Shown piece by piece: positions 1 through 8,806 of a DNA stretch of 64,000 bases. Within the stretch, counting starts at the first letter, position 1. Each line of letters begins with the position of its first letter. The stretch comes from a virus (lineage: Duplodnaviria > Heunggongvirae > Uroviricota > Caudoviricetes). The notes under the pieces are model-generated. The model was not told the origin of the DNA. It ran no database searches and saw only the letters and a list, made by a program, of their open reading frames with translations. Location of the stretch: the IMG/VR virus record IMGVR_UViG_3300016667_000484, positions 1 through 64,000 of that record, one strand, 5' to 3'. Position numbers and translations under genes: made by a program.

Positions 1-248
1 AACTTTGCTGTGACGATGTCTCTCATCACGTTGATCTTGACATCTTCCCAGTCTGTCCGCATAGTGATCGTCTGGCCAAGCCTCTTCACGGCACCAGGTG
101 AAGTGATCTCTGCAAACGCTCCGCGAAGATCTTTGTTGAGAGTCTTCGCGGCTTGATAGGCGTGCTCGGAAGAAGGGTAGACTATACCCTCGTATTCGAC
201 AGGAGCCATCCAGAAGTTAGACAGGAAGCGATACTCGCCATCGAATGA
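1..248 (-). CDS. NADAR (YbiA-like, DUF1768) domain protein, N-terminal part; the gene runs off the window edge
   Basis: Minus-frame translation from ATG at about 248 gives MITSFDGEYRFLSNFWMAPVEYEGIVYPSSEHAYQAAKT, which carries the FLSNF...SEHAYQA signature of the NADAR/YbiA family. The ORF stays open to position 1. Confidence 0.6.
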
Positions 249-253
249 GGTGA

Positions 254-904
254 TCATAGTTCTACGTCCACATAATCATGAATCCCAAGGCACTGAAACA
301 TTGTACGACCATACTTGTACTTCATCGAGTGGTGCCAGTGCCCAAAGTACCACTCTTCTGGTTGATGGATCGCGAGCATAGTGTTGAATGCGACACTTGT
401 CCGAGTCGGAATCGATTTAGCGTTGCCCTTGAACAAAGCGAGGCCGGACTGAATGAACATCTCAGTGCTCACATCACCAGGACAGTCGTGGGTGATCATG
501 ACACGAGGACGAACCTGATCATACACATCGATCAGTCGATAGAACTCTTCGATGGACAGTTCTTCATCTGGCCACCAAGAAACACCTTCAGTGCGGAAAG
601 CGTGATCGATCGACCAAGCTCCACCGATGAACATCACATCATTTTCGATACGACCATCCTGAATCCATCCCGGCATTTTCTTGCAACGTGCCGGATCATC
701 ATGGTTGCCACGGATGAACCTATGCGTTCCGTCCCAGTGAAATTCGTCAGCACGATCATGCCAATATGGGCCAGAGAATCCAACACCGAAGTCACCCACT
801 TGGATCGTTCGTTCGCATCCCGAGTTAATCGCATCAGTCGCCGTTTGATAATAGAGCTCCCACTCTCCATGAATGTCTCCAATGAGACGTGTCAGTTTAC
901 CCAT
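254..904 (-). CDS. calcineurin-like metallophosphoesterase (Ser/Thr phosphatase-like)
   Basis: 216-aa ORF with GDIHG, GNHD and GHWH motifs. TAA stop and ATG start are arranged TAATCATG with the upstream ORF. Confidence 0.8.
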   Translation of the reverse strand: MGKLTRLIGDIHGEWELYYQTATDAINSGCERTIQVGDFGVGFSGPYWHDRADEFHWDGTHRFIRGNHDDPARCKKMPGWIQDGRIENDVMFIGGAWSIDHAFRTEGVSWWPDEELSIEEFYRLIDVYDQVRPRVMITHDCPGDVSTEMFIQSGLALFKGNAKSIPTRTSVAFNTMLAIHQPEEWYFGHWHHSMKYKYGRTMFQCLGIHDYVDVEL

Positions 905-906
905 GA

Positions 907-1161
907 TTACTCTCTCGCCAATTCATATGCCAGTAGTCGGCCTTGTCTAGAAGATGTGAAGCAGACGCCGAGAAAGACACTCAGTAGAAACATACACCTT
1001 ATGATGAACATCGTCATCGGCAAATCGAATGTGAGCGGTTCTAAGCTCCACGTCAGAAACGCGCCAATCAGTGGAAAGAATAACACGAATCCACCCATAA
1101 GCACAAAACAGAAAACTGTTGCCATGGCAAAGCCGATTAAATGTCCGATAAACAGTTTCAT
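907..1161 (-). CDS. small hydrophobic membrane protein
   Basis: 84 aa and strongly hydrophobic. Its stop is coupled to the start of the phosphoesterase gene. Confidence 0.45.
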   Translation of the reverse strand: MKLFIGHLIGFAMATVFCFVLMGGFVLFFPLIGAFLTWSLEPLTFDLPMTMFIIRCMFLLSVFLGVCFTSSRQGRLLAYELARE

Positions 1162-1213
1162 TTGTCGAGTTCCTTCAAGCGGAAAGTGATTTCAAGATAG
1201 AAGTGTGTATTCG

Positions 1214-1221
1214 TATAAATA
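1214..1221 (+). promoter_or_regulatory. TATAAATA late promoter upstream of the GIY-YIG gene
   Basis: Exact TATAAATA, 25 nt before ATG 1247. Confidence 0.55.
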
Positions 1222-1246
1222 CTACCATATACAGAGGAGACTGTCA

Positions 1247-1921
1247 ATGGGTTTTATCTATATTTGGTACGACATGGTTAAGAAGAGGTTTTATTTGGGT
1301 TCTCACTATGGAACTCCTGATGATGGTTATGTCGGTTCTGGTACGTACTTCAAAAGAGCTTTCAACAAGCGACCTCATACCTTTAAGAGAAGAATCTTAC
1401 AACACATCGTTGGGTCAAAAGCTGATGTATTAGGTGCAGAACAATCTTGGTTAAACCTGATTGAAGACAAAGAATTAGGCAAAAAGTATTATAACCTAAA
1501 GAAAAGTGCTAAAGGTGGATCTGTGAAAGGTAGACCGTTCAAGCCAATCAGTGAAGAACAACGGCAGAAGTTACGAAAACCTAAATCTAACACTGTTAAC
1601 TACCACAGACCAAAGTCATCAACCCATAAAGAAAACATCTCAATCGCACTCAAAACTTCTTCGTTAGTAAACAATTCAGGTATTAATAATCCAAAACACT
1701 CTGGTATTACCAATGACGAATTTAGAGAACACTACATCCAGTGCTGCATTTCACTTGGGTACCAACCTGGCCTTAAACGATTCTCTAAATGGTTCAACGC
1801 GGCGACTGGGAAAGTATTCCCATCAAGTTTGTCTGCTCATCGATTCAACTTCGGAAAAGACTTATTCGCCGAAGTTGAACGTTCTTATGGGTTATTTCAC
1901 CGACGCAGCCAATCTGACTGA
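1247..1921 (+). CDS. GIY-YIG homing endonuclease (seg-like) with NUMOD-like C-terminus
   Basis: GFIYIWYD...YLGSHYG...GYVGSG GIY-YIG motif. RBS gaggag then ATG at 1247. TATAAATA at 1214-1221 upstream. It sits on the plus strand inside a minus-strand gene block. Confidence 0.75.
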   Translation: MGFIYIWYDMVKKRFYLGSHYGTPDDGYVGSGTYFKRAFNKRPHTFKRRILQHIVGSKADVLGAEQSWLNLIEDKELGKKYYNLKKSAKGGSVKGRPFKPISEEQRQKLRKPKSNTVNYHRPKSSTHKENISIALKTSSLVNNSGINNPKHSGITNDEFREHYIQCCISLGYQPGLKRFSKWFNAATGKVFPSSLSAHRFNFGKDLFAEVERSYGLFHRRSQSD

Positions 1922-2347
1922 AAGCTCCATGTAGAACCGATGGTACTTCTCCATCCGAGCGATGTCTTTTTCAGAGACACCTTTCAGGCGACGTACGTCA
2001 GTGTTGTGACGAAGATCGGCCAACTTGACTTTCATGGCGTCAACGTTAGCGAAGACACCTTCTTTGTATTCTTCGTAGGTCTGACCAGGGACTTTCGTCA
2101 GAGCACGGATACCGTCGATGATACGATCGGTCATGCCCGCTTCTTTCAAGTCCTTGTAGGTGACGTCAGTATCTTCGACGACGTCGTGACCGAGTGCTAT
2201 GCATTGAAGCTCTTCGTCTTCAGACTTGACGTAGTGCATCACCTTGATCGGATGCAGGATGTACGGATTGCCACCACGATCGAACTGACCGTGATGGGCG
2301 TTGGTGGCGATGTGAAGCATTTTGCTAAGGAGTTCGCCTTTTTTCAT
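1892..2347 (-). CDS. HD-domain small alarmone ((p)ppGpp) hydrolase-like protein
   Basis: HPIKV...ALGHDVVEDT is an HD motif typical of the SpoT/Mesh1 hydrolase fold. RBS GGAGG before MKKGE, so the start is placed at 2347 (the ORF track begins at 2365). Confidence 0.65.
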   Translation of the reverse strand: MKKGELLSKMLHIATNAHHGQFDRGGNPYILHPIKVMHYVKSEDEELQCIALGHDVVEDTDVTYKDLKEAGMTDRIIDGIRALTKVPGQTYEEYKEGVFANVDAMKVKLADLRHNTDVRRLKGVSEKDIARMEKYHRFYMELSVRLAASVK

Positions 2348-2396
2348 ACTATAGTCTCCTTCCATGGTTTCATCTTAAACCACGAGAATCAGAATG

Positions 2397-3155
2397 TCAA
2401 TTGGAAATGTTAGTCCAAACTGCAGGATCTGCTGGGCCTTCTTTGCTCTCATCGAGCTTGGGGAAGATGTTGAGTCCGGTGAGTTCCTCGACGTGATCAA
2501 CAGTCGTCAAGTACTTTGGCAGATCCTTTACTGGAAGCTCGGCGTTTGGCATGAGGTAAGCAATAGTCGAGTCGGTGGCTTTATCATAGACGACCTTCCA
2601 GAGGTACGTGGGGACACCTACCTTACCTTCACCAATAGTCTTATAGCCATCTTCATAGATCGTACCTGACACCACATACAGATCACGATTCTCGAGAGCC
2701 CAGTCTCGGACCTTCGTCTCAAGAATTCTCCAGATGCCACGATTGTTGTTCGGGACTTGAGGAACCATGTTCGACAGGAAGAAGCTCTCGCTCATCGTGA
2801 TAGGATCAGCTCTGTTGTCTGCACCTGGCACAAGATGCCCACGATCATATGGCTCTCCAGAGTAGTCTTCGAGTGTAGCAGAATGTTCTGGTGCAATCAG
2901 ATCATCTGGACGGAAGTCATCTTTACGTTTTGCCGGACCAGTGATGTCCGCATGGTCAAGATGCTCTACAACGTACTCGGCCGTTTTTGTATCAAAGCGA
3001 TAGTGGATCGCGTAGTTCGTGTGACATATGTACTGAGTACCTTCACTTAACGAAGTGACAGGCGCACCGAAGATCGTGTGCTGAGGGCAGTTATCATCAA
3101 TCGGATTCGCAAATGCGACTGATGGCAGGAAAGCAAGAATGTATAGTAAGCGCAT
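2397..3155 (-). CDS. secreted non-specific DNA/RNA endonuclease (Serratia-type, DRGH His-Me finger)
   Basis: YDRGHLVP motif. Signal peptide MRLLYILAFLPSVAFA. RBS GGAGGA before this Met, so the start is placed at 3155 rather than 3236. Confidence 0.8.
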   Translation of the reverse strand: MRLLYILAFLPSVAFANPIDDNCPQHTIFGAPVTSLSEGTQYICHTNYAIHYRFDTKTAEYVVEHLDHADITGPAKRKDDFRPDDLIAPEHSATLEDYSGEPYDRGHLVPGADNRADPITMSESFFLSNMVPQVPNNNRGIWRILETKVRDWALENRDLYVVSGTIYEDGYKTIGEGKVGVPTYLWKVVYDKATDSTIAYLMPNAELPVKDLPKYLTTVDHVEELTGLNIFPKLDESKEGPADPAVWTNISN

Positions 3156-3181
3156 GGAGTCCTCCAAATTTGGCTTACTAT

Positions 3182-3475
3182 TTATTCCTCTGGATGCGCG
3201 TACCAAAGGTAGCTTGGATGAGTGCGATTCTTCCACATTCGAGCTTGTGTTAGAAAAAAGTCAAGTCTCGAATCTTTCACTTCGACTATACCACGATTGC
3301 GTGCATCGCAGTACCAGTCGTGCAGTTTGTCATATTCAGAGGCGACTTGGTCGGCCGCCTCTTCGAGAGTGTTGTCGACATGCCCGCAGTCGTCGAGCTG
3401 ACGGCAAAAATGTTGCTCGACTGTGATCTCGTCTTCAGGGTAGAAGGCTATATCCCAGCCTTTGCAGTTGCACAT
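3182..3475 (-). CDS. hypothetical Cys-containing protein
   Basis: 97-aa ORF in the co-directional gene array. Confidence 0.4.
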   Translation of the reverse strand: MCNCKGWDIAFYPEDEITVEQHFCRQLDDCGHVDNTLEEAADQVASEYDKLHDWYCDARNRGIVEVKDSRLDFFLTQARMWKNRTHPSYLWYAHPEE

Positions 3476-3777
3476 CAGCGGGCTCCTTTACAAGGCTTTC
3501 GTAGAGTTCCCCACCCACCCGTGACATCGTCTGTTGCGCCACAATCGTCACAGATGAAGTCAAACGTTGATGCATCAGAGGATCGTACAGCTTTGTGACT
3601 TTCATGGATTTTGTCCGGCCATTCTTCTTTTGGTTTAGCTGCATCTCGGTACTCCTTGATTTCTCTCGCCATTGAGAGGATCATATCAGACATGCTGCTG
3701 CGAATAGTATTGCCTCTAAAGCCATCTTCGAGGCAATACTGAAGAAGATCGTCACTGATTTTCATATCAGTCCCCAC
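3475..3777 (-). CDS. hypothetical protein with C-terminal CxxC pair
   Basis: 100-aa ORF whose stop and start are coupled to neighbours. It is preferred over the overlapping 3435-3644 frame. Confidence 0.45.
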   Translation of the reverse strand: MGTDMKISDDLLQYCLEDGFRGNTIRSSMSDMILSMAREIKEYRDAAKPKEEWPDKIHESHKAVRSSDASTFDFICDDCGATDDVTGGWGTLRKPCKGAR

Positions 3778-4912
3778 CCTTCAGCAGGAACTGATTGCTG
3801 ATCGTCTTGAAGCTAAAGCTCGGGTCTTTGTTGCACTTCCAGACGAGACCTTCGCGGATCTTGTGATTGATGCTCGGACCTTCTGCAAGAGCAAGACCTT
3901 CTTCAACACTGTTTGGTGCTTTCCAATCAGTGCCGAGAATTGGTACATGATCAAATCCCCAAGAATTACATGCTACTCTGCGATCAAGGCTATTGATGTA
4001 CGTATGGCGGTCAATGTCGAAAACATCGAACACGAAGAACTTATGCTCAGAAAAACCTTCACGGTTACCTTGAATACCTGGACCCATTAGTTCGCCTTGG
4101 AAAGCAAAGCCATCAGGAATACGCTCGCCGATCTTGAGAGCCATAGCAACGAAGGTGTTGTCTTTGTTCTCTTCGTTGATCTTCATTTCAAGGTTTCGAC
4201 TGCACACACGAAGTTCATCTTCCCAGCGGAAGATCGTGCAGCTCGAGCCATCGAGCTTCATGGTGACTTCGTAAGTCGGCTCCTTGAAGTCTTCCGGTAC
4301 GACGACCGGATGCTCTTCAAGAGTCTGAGTCTCAGCGTTCCAGACCTTCTCAGTAGCAAACCGCTTGGCCCGCTTTTGGATCTCACCAAAGCAGTTCTGA
4401 ATCCGCTCCTGATCGGTCTTGGGAATGAGCGAAGTTGGGAACATTCCAGCAGCTTGGCCCTGAAGCTGAGCAGGAATAGGAGCTTCCCACTTTTGAATGC
4501 CGAGAATAGCAGTAACGTCAAGACCAATTACTTCATCGTCGGTCCAGTCTGACTGCCAATCCCAAGTATTTGCTTCTGGGAATTTATGGAAGTCGACGTG
4601 CTTTGTCCACACAGTATGGATCGGCAGCAAAAGCCCCTGTGAAACCTGTCCGCGAAGCTTGATCGTCCGCAGACGTTCACCCTTTACACCATTGTACTCA
4701 CGAGGCTCTTGTCCCTTCGATAGGAACGGAGCGAGTTCATGAGGAACCCACGAGTCAATTTCAATGTAGAGCGCAAGATCAGCGACCTTGAACTCGCCTT
4801 TCTTGACGACGACTTTCCAACCATCGATGGTAGCAACCACGATAGCGTCAGCACCTTCGATCGGTTGAATGTCGGCGATACGCCGAATGCTAGCAAGTTT
4901 ACGTTCAGTCAT
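3767..4912 (-). CDS. ATP-dependent RNA ligase family protein (second ligase, Rnl-like)
   Basis: 381 aa with nucleotidyltransferase motif I KLDGSS (TMKLDGSSCTIF). It is not the DNA ligase, which lies at 8807. Confidence 0.65.
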   Translation of the reverse strand: MTERKLASIRRIADIQPIEGADAIVVATIDGWKVVVKKGEFKVADLALYIEIDSWVPHELAPFLSKGQEPREYNGVKGERLRTIKLRGQVSQGLLLPIHTVWTKHVDFHKFPEANTWDWQSDWTDDEVIGLDVTAILGIQKWEAPIPAQLQGQAAGMFPTSLIPKTDQERIQNCFGEIQKRAKRFATEKVWNAETQTLEEHPVVVPEDFKEPTYEVTMKLDGSSCTIFRWEDELRVCSRNLEMKINEENKDNTFVAMALKIGERIPDGFAFQGELMGPGIQGNREGFSEHKFFVFDVFDIDRHTYINSLDRRVACNSWGFDHVPILGTDWKAPNSVEEGLALAEGPSINHKIREGLVWKCNKDPSFSFKTISNQFLLKGGD

Positions 4913-4921
4913 GTGATTTCC

Positions 4922-5371
4922 TTAGTATGACGAAGAGTCGTAAGACGAAGACGAACTCGAGTCATATGACGAAGAGCTCGAAGAGTCATGACTGTGATAA
5001 GAGCTACCAGAGTCATGCGAATGTGAATGACTATGCGAGTGCGAAGAACCCGAGTCATGAGAATGACTATGTGAGTGGCTGTGCGACTTCGGTTCTGAGT
5101 CAGGTTGATTCATCGGGTTCAAAGGAGAAAGCGGGTTCGTAGGATTAGTTAGATCCCAGACAGGATCGACTGCAGGGTACATCACGACAGGATCACTCGA
5201 ATAAGTCGAGTACTTGTTTCGACCAACGATGTCACCTTTCGCTTGAGCACCACGTTGGTTCACCACATTGGTTGTCTGAACAACTCGATTTCGTGAGCCA
5301 GAGACTTCAGCTTTCTGAACCACTTTCGTCAGTGACTCGACTTTCTTTTTTCCAAACAACCATCCGAACAT
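4922..5371 (-). CDS. protein with C-terminal His-Ser and poly-Ser tandem repeats
   Basis: 149 aa. The C-terminus reads HSHSHSHSHDSGSS twice and SSSSSSYD twice, encoded by DNA tandem repeats at about 4925-5070. Confidence 0.5.
   Translation of the reverse strand: MFGWLFGKKKVESLTKVVQKAEVSGSRNRVVQTTNVVNQRGAQAKGDIVGRNKYSTYSSDPVVMYPAVDPVWDLTNPTNPLSPLNPMNQPDSEPKSHSHSHSHSHDSGSSHSHSHSHSHDSGSSYHSHDSSSSSSYDSSSSSSYDSSSY
4925..5070 (-). repeat. coding tandem repeats (His-Ser dipeptide and poly-Ser units)
   Basis: Repeated catgactc/tgagtg units encoding HSHSHSHSHDSGSS twice and SSSSSSYD twice. Confidence 0.6.
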
Positions 5372-5399
5372 TCGTTTCTCCTTCTGTTATAGATACAGC

Positions 5400-6410
5400 T
5401 TACACCACAATCGTGCGAATGTCAATATCTTTTTCTGCGATGTAGTAAATAACCGCATCGTCAGGCACCACGTCGTCGCCACGAAGAATCATCGTCGGCT
5501 TCTCCTTCGAACCGTAACCGATCAGAGTCGCGTTCTGACGCAGCATGCTTTCGGCGAGATGTTTCACGTACCAGATGTTGTGTTTGTTGGTGTTGTTCAA
5601 CATGACCGATCGAAGAGAAGCGGGATCATCGGTCGAGACGAGGTTGCTGATCACATGAGAAGCGCCGGGATCATCGAGCGATCGTGCCAGTTGAGCGACA
5701 GAGTTGTCAGTGACTGCCTCAACGTTCTTGCAGTTCGCTTCGAGGATGTCAGCTGTCACTTGAGAGTCGAAGTATGCAACCACATGTCGATCTTTGTCGA
5801 CGAGAGAAGTCACTGCGAGTGCGGCAAGCAATGTCTCTTGATCATCCTTACCCATCACCACGATACGTTTAGCACCCTTGATCCCAGCACGGACAAGATC
5901 ATCTACACTCGCCAGTGACTCTGTTCGAACGATATGTACACCTTGGTCACTCGGACGACAATCACTTGAGGTTACCACAATCACTTCAGACTTGTCGATC
6001 TCTCGAATGAGTTTGTCGGTCTGCTTTGGATTACAACCCACGATGAGTGTATGGTTCTTAGTTTTGTGGAAGTCGCCGTAACCAGATTTGATCTTTTGGA
6101 TTTCGTTTGTCATAGTTGCGATAGCTTTCGTGACGAGTGCTGCGAATATCGAGACTGCGATGGGGATGAGGAACAGTGTTGCGAATAGTTGTCCATACTC
6201 AGACGAAGGGCTCATGTCACCGTAGCCGATCGTCGACGCAGTCACAGTGTAGTAATACACATAACTGATGAATGATGCCGTCAGATCTGCTTCACCAAGA
6301 TAGGCAAACCCAAAGTAAGTAAGGACAACGTGAAGAAGCGCAAGACCGAAGATCGTACGAAACCGAACGGTCTTAATCTTACGCGACAATAGCTTCAGGA
6401 TCAGGTACAT
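5400..6410 (-). CDS. potassium channel (GYGD selectivity filter) with C-terminal RCK/TrkA-like domain
   Basis: TVASTIGYGDMSP filter, two transmembrane helices plus a pore helix, and IVGCNPKQTDKLIREI Rossmann-like RCK. The start is ambiguous: ATG at 6410 (MYLILK) avoids overlapping the upstream gene, while the ORF track starts at a GTG at 6476. Confidence 0.75.
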   Translation of the reverse strand: MYLILKLLSRKIKTVRFRTIFGLALLHVVLTYFGFAYLGEADLTASFISYVYYYTVTASTIGYGDMSPSSEYGQLFATLFLIPIAVSIFAALVTKAIATMTNEIQKIKSGYGDFHKTKNHTLIVGCNPKQTDKLIREIDKSEVIVVTSSDCRPSDQGVHIVRTESLASVDDLVRAGIKGAKRIVVMGKDDQETLLAALAVTSLVDKDRHVVAYFDSQVTADILEANCKNVEAVTDNSVAQLARSLDDPGASHVISNLVSTDDPASLRSVMLNNTNKHNIWYVKHLAESMLRQNATLIGYGSKEKPTMILRGDDVVPDDAVIYYIAEKDIDIRTIVV

Positions 6411-6639
6411 TTTCGAGAATCTTTTCCAAGTTTGCGAGGACCCACTCTTTTGCGACGATGAGCTCAGATGGTTCACCTACCATCTTTTCACCTTCGAACT
6501 TAGCAGCTGTCAACACGAGGTTGTAGTCAGTAGGTTCACCAGCGTCGACCGCATAAACAGTCAAGTCTGTCTCCTTAGGTCGGCAATAGTGAAATAGAAG
6601 TGTGAAGGCAGGGAACTCGCCAAGTGCTTCGATTTTCAT
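6379..6639 (-). CDS. hypothetical protein
   Basis: 86 aa. Good RBS AGGAG 8 nt before the ATG at 6639. Confidence 0.55.
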   Translation of the reverse strand: MKIEALGEFPAFTLLFHYCRPKETDLTVYAVDAGEPTDYNLVLTAAKFEGEKMVGEPSELIVAKEWVLANLEKILENVPDPEAIVA

Positions 6640-6851
6640 TAGTATACTCCTAGTAGAAGTGCTTCAACTTCTGGGTGGGCGACCATAGGCTTCATGACCT
6701 TGACAGGTTTGTAGACGTGCTCGATCTTGTTGCAAGAAGTGATCATGATTGCAATCTCCGGACCAAGTACACACTTGATCCCAGGTGTGTACTTGACCGA
6801 GTCTGCTGTTTCAATATCTACCGTATAAGGCGTCATCATGCGCGCATCCAC
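6639..6851 (-). CDS. hypothetical protein
   Basis: 70-aa ORF with coupled stop and start. Confidence 0.4.
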   Translation of the reverse strand: MDARMMTPYTVDIETADSVKYTPGIKCVLGPEIAIMITSCNKIEHVYKPVKVMKPMVAHPEVEALLLGVY

Positions 6852-7960
6852 TCCATCAGTGCTTCGTACTTCGGCGTCGAGCCAATGTTCTTCTTGCAGT
6901 AGTCGAGCAGCAGGTCCCGCAGAACCGCACCGTCGATCAGCCGGAAGATGAAACCACCGTCGGCCTTGTTGATCAGGTTCGGCACCATCTCGAGCGCGAT
7001 GCGCTTCTTGTCAGCACCATAGATCGTCCGAGCCAGCATCTCGAGACCTTCAAGCCGACCTTCAGCGTTGCGGAAAGCTTCCCAGAAAGCAGCCTCAACA
7101 TTGTCGACGCGAACCAAGTCCGAAGGATCGAGCATAGCCCGAGTGTCGTCGATAGTCTCGTTCAGGACGAGCTCAACGATGTTACGATCAACGGCAACGA
7201 TGTCCTTGGTCTTGTGGATCTGCACGTACCAGTCATTTTTGCACTTAACCATCATACCATCATCGAAGCGGATAATGTCCCCTTCTCGATTAGTTTCTCC
7301 TCGCGAAAATGCAAGGTAAGCATCAAGATCATGAATGCTGGCATAAGTTGCAACAACCTCAAACGGGGTAAAAATCTCTCGTAGATCTACATATACCCCA
7401 GATACGGTCTCACGAACACCAGTCAGGATCAGCTTCGGCTCGACGTATTCAACCACGATCTTGTTGGTAGGAGCAATATACTCGAAGATCGGAGTGAAGC
7501 CATCAGCCATCATGTCGTCGAGCCAGTTGTACTGATCAACGTCAAGAAGCTTCTCAGCTTCCATCGCGATGTCGGTCACACCCATCTTGGTAGCAAGACG
7601 AACCATTCCATGCATACGCACAGGACGTATCATCGAACCATCGAGTTTGTCCATCACGACGTGATCACGAGTCAGGTCCAAACGATGCGACTGAGTTTCT
7701 TCCTTCTCGTTCACATTGAAGAACTTGTGATACGGGCGGGACATGATGTCGCCTTCGGGATAGAAGATCATACCACGACATTCGCGACGAATGGCACCCA
7801 TCACATCGTCAGGACCTTCCATCTTGAAGGTGTCGGGCATGGCGACGAGATAGTTGATCACGGTACCGAAGTCACGCTCAGCAACAACGAACTCGTCACG
7901 ACCAGCGATTGCCGGAAGAACGTCAGCGATCGTACGAATTTCAGGGAACTTGTAGTGCAT
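6836..7960 (-). CDS. rnlA: RNA ligase 1 (T4 RnlA-like)
   Basis: 374 aa, the same length as T4 Rnl1. Motif I is VVMDKLDGSMI. Early promoter at 7985-8013. Confidence 0.75.
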   Translation of the reverse strand: MHYKFPEIRTIADVLPAIAGRDEFVVAERDFGTVINYLVAMPDTFKMEGPDDVMGAIRRECRGMIFYPEGDIMSRPYHKFFNVNEKEETQSHRLDLTRDHVVMDKLDGSMIRPVRMHGMVRLATKMGVTDIAMEAEKLLDVDQYNWLDDMMADGFTPIFEYIAPTNKIVVEYVEPKLILTGVRETVSGVYVDLREIFTPFEVVATYASIHDLDAYLAFSRGETNREGDIIRFDDGMMVKCKNDWYVQIHKTKDIVAVDRNIVELVLNETIDDTRAMLDPSDLVRVDNVEAAFWEAFRNAEGRLEGLEMLARTIYGADKKRIALEMVPNLINKADGGFIFRLIDGAVLRDLLLDYCKKNIGSTPKYEALMEWMRA

Positions 7961-7984
7961 GATATGCCTCTTTGTTACTAGTTA

Positions 7985-8013
7985 GATATAAGCAATCTAC
8001 TCGAGAATGTCAA
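7985..8013 (-). promoter_or_regulatory. host-sigma70-type early promoter TTGACA-N17-TATATC within the extended motif TAGTTAGATATAAGCAATCTA...GAATGTCAAC
   Basis: Read on the minus strand it gives TTGACATTCTCGAGTAGATTGCTTATATC. The rnlA start is about 25 nt downstream. Confidence 0.7.
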
Positions 8014-8030
8014 CCCCTAAAGTGCACTTT

Positions 8031-8159
8031 CACTTATAATTTTCACAGTACCAGACGATGAAGTTCCAAGAGAGCTTCTCGATGGCAAGGCCAAGGAGGT
8101 ACAGCCCACCAAAGAGGGCGATGTTCGGGAGGATGTAGTACACGATGAGTTCGATCATG
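8031..8159 (-). CDS. small membrane peptide (42 aa)
   Basis: MIELIVYYILPNIALFGGLYLLGLAIEKLSWNFIVWYCENYK. RBS AAGGA. It is below the ORF-track length cutoff. Confidence 0.35.
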
Positions 8160-8308
8160 AGGGGTTTCCTTCTAAGACTCGGATACGTTGGTCGAGACGA
8201 TTAATCTCGAGAAAAGCGCGAAGAAGTATAATGTACACTTCTTCGTACGATGGAGGGTTATCACCTTTCTCCATCTCTTCAGTCATCTTGCCGATCTCTT
8301 CGGCGAGT

Positions 8309-8482
8309 TCAGATCTGGTAGTCACAGGGTTCACTCACAGCCATGCGATCGATGAGAGGCAGCAGCTCAGTCTTACGAACTGCATACTGTGCGATGCCGA
8401 GCTGGTTGCCTTCGACATCAAGCCAAAGCGCAGTCCAAAGACGAAGACTACGATCGTACCAGTATTCGATGCGATTGAACAT
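8309..8482 (-). CDS. small hypothetical protein (57 aa)
   Basis: RBS GAGG before ATG (MFNRIEYWY). It lies downstream of 8490-8678. Confidence 0.35.
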   Translation of the reverse strand: MFNRIEYWYDRSLRLWTALWLDVEGNQLGIAQYAVRKTELLPLIDRMAVSEPCDYQI

Positions 8483-8489
8483 GTGTACC

Positions 8490-8678
8490 TCAGACCTTTT
8501 GAGCAGAAATGATTTCGATGGAGGTGATCGCGTCAGGAGTGGAATCAAACTCGCGAATGAATTCGCACACATCATCGCGATGCTTGGTGTTGGTCATGGG
8601 GTTTTTGTAGTAGAACATGGTATCTTCGAAAACACTGTTGTCGGTGTAAGTGACTTTGAACGTGGTCTTGAAGCTCAT
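8490..8678 (-). CDS. small hypothetical protein
   Basis: 62 aa. RBS AAAGG. It is the first ORF after the early promoter at 8708-8736. Confidence 0.5.
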   Translation of the reverse strand: MSFKTTFKVTYTDNSVFEDTMFYYKNPMTNTKHRDDVCEFIREFDSTPDAITSIEIISAQKV

Positions 8679-8707
8679 GGTCTAACCTTTCGTTGCCTTA
8701 CTAGTTA

Positions 8708-8736
8708 GATATAAGCAATCTAACCGAGAATGTCAA
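8708..8736 (-). promoter_or_regulatory. early promoter, same family
   Basis: TTGACA-N17-TATATC; the ORF at 8678 follows. Confidence 0.7.
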
Positions 8737-8806
8737 CCCCTTATGCCAACATAAATGATGCCGGCCGCCAAAATAATCACCAAAAGCGTGAAGCCGTCGA
8801 TCATGA

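Noticed and set aside
278-1189. 303-aa plus-strand ORF
   Set aside because: Antisense to the metallophosphoesterase and membrane-protein genes. Low-complexity translation, no RBS.
4925-5070. Possible CRISPR array
   Set aside because: The repeats are short coding tandem repeats (His-Ser and poly-Ser), with no spacers of unique sequence and no cas genes.
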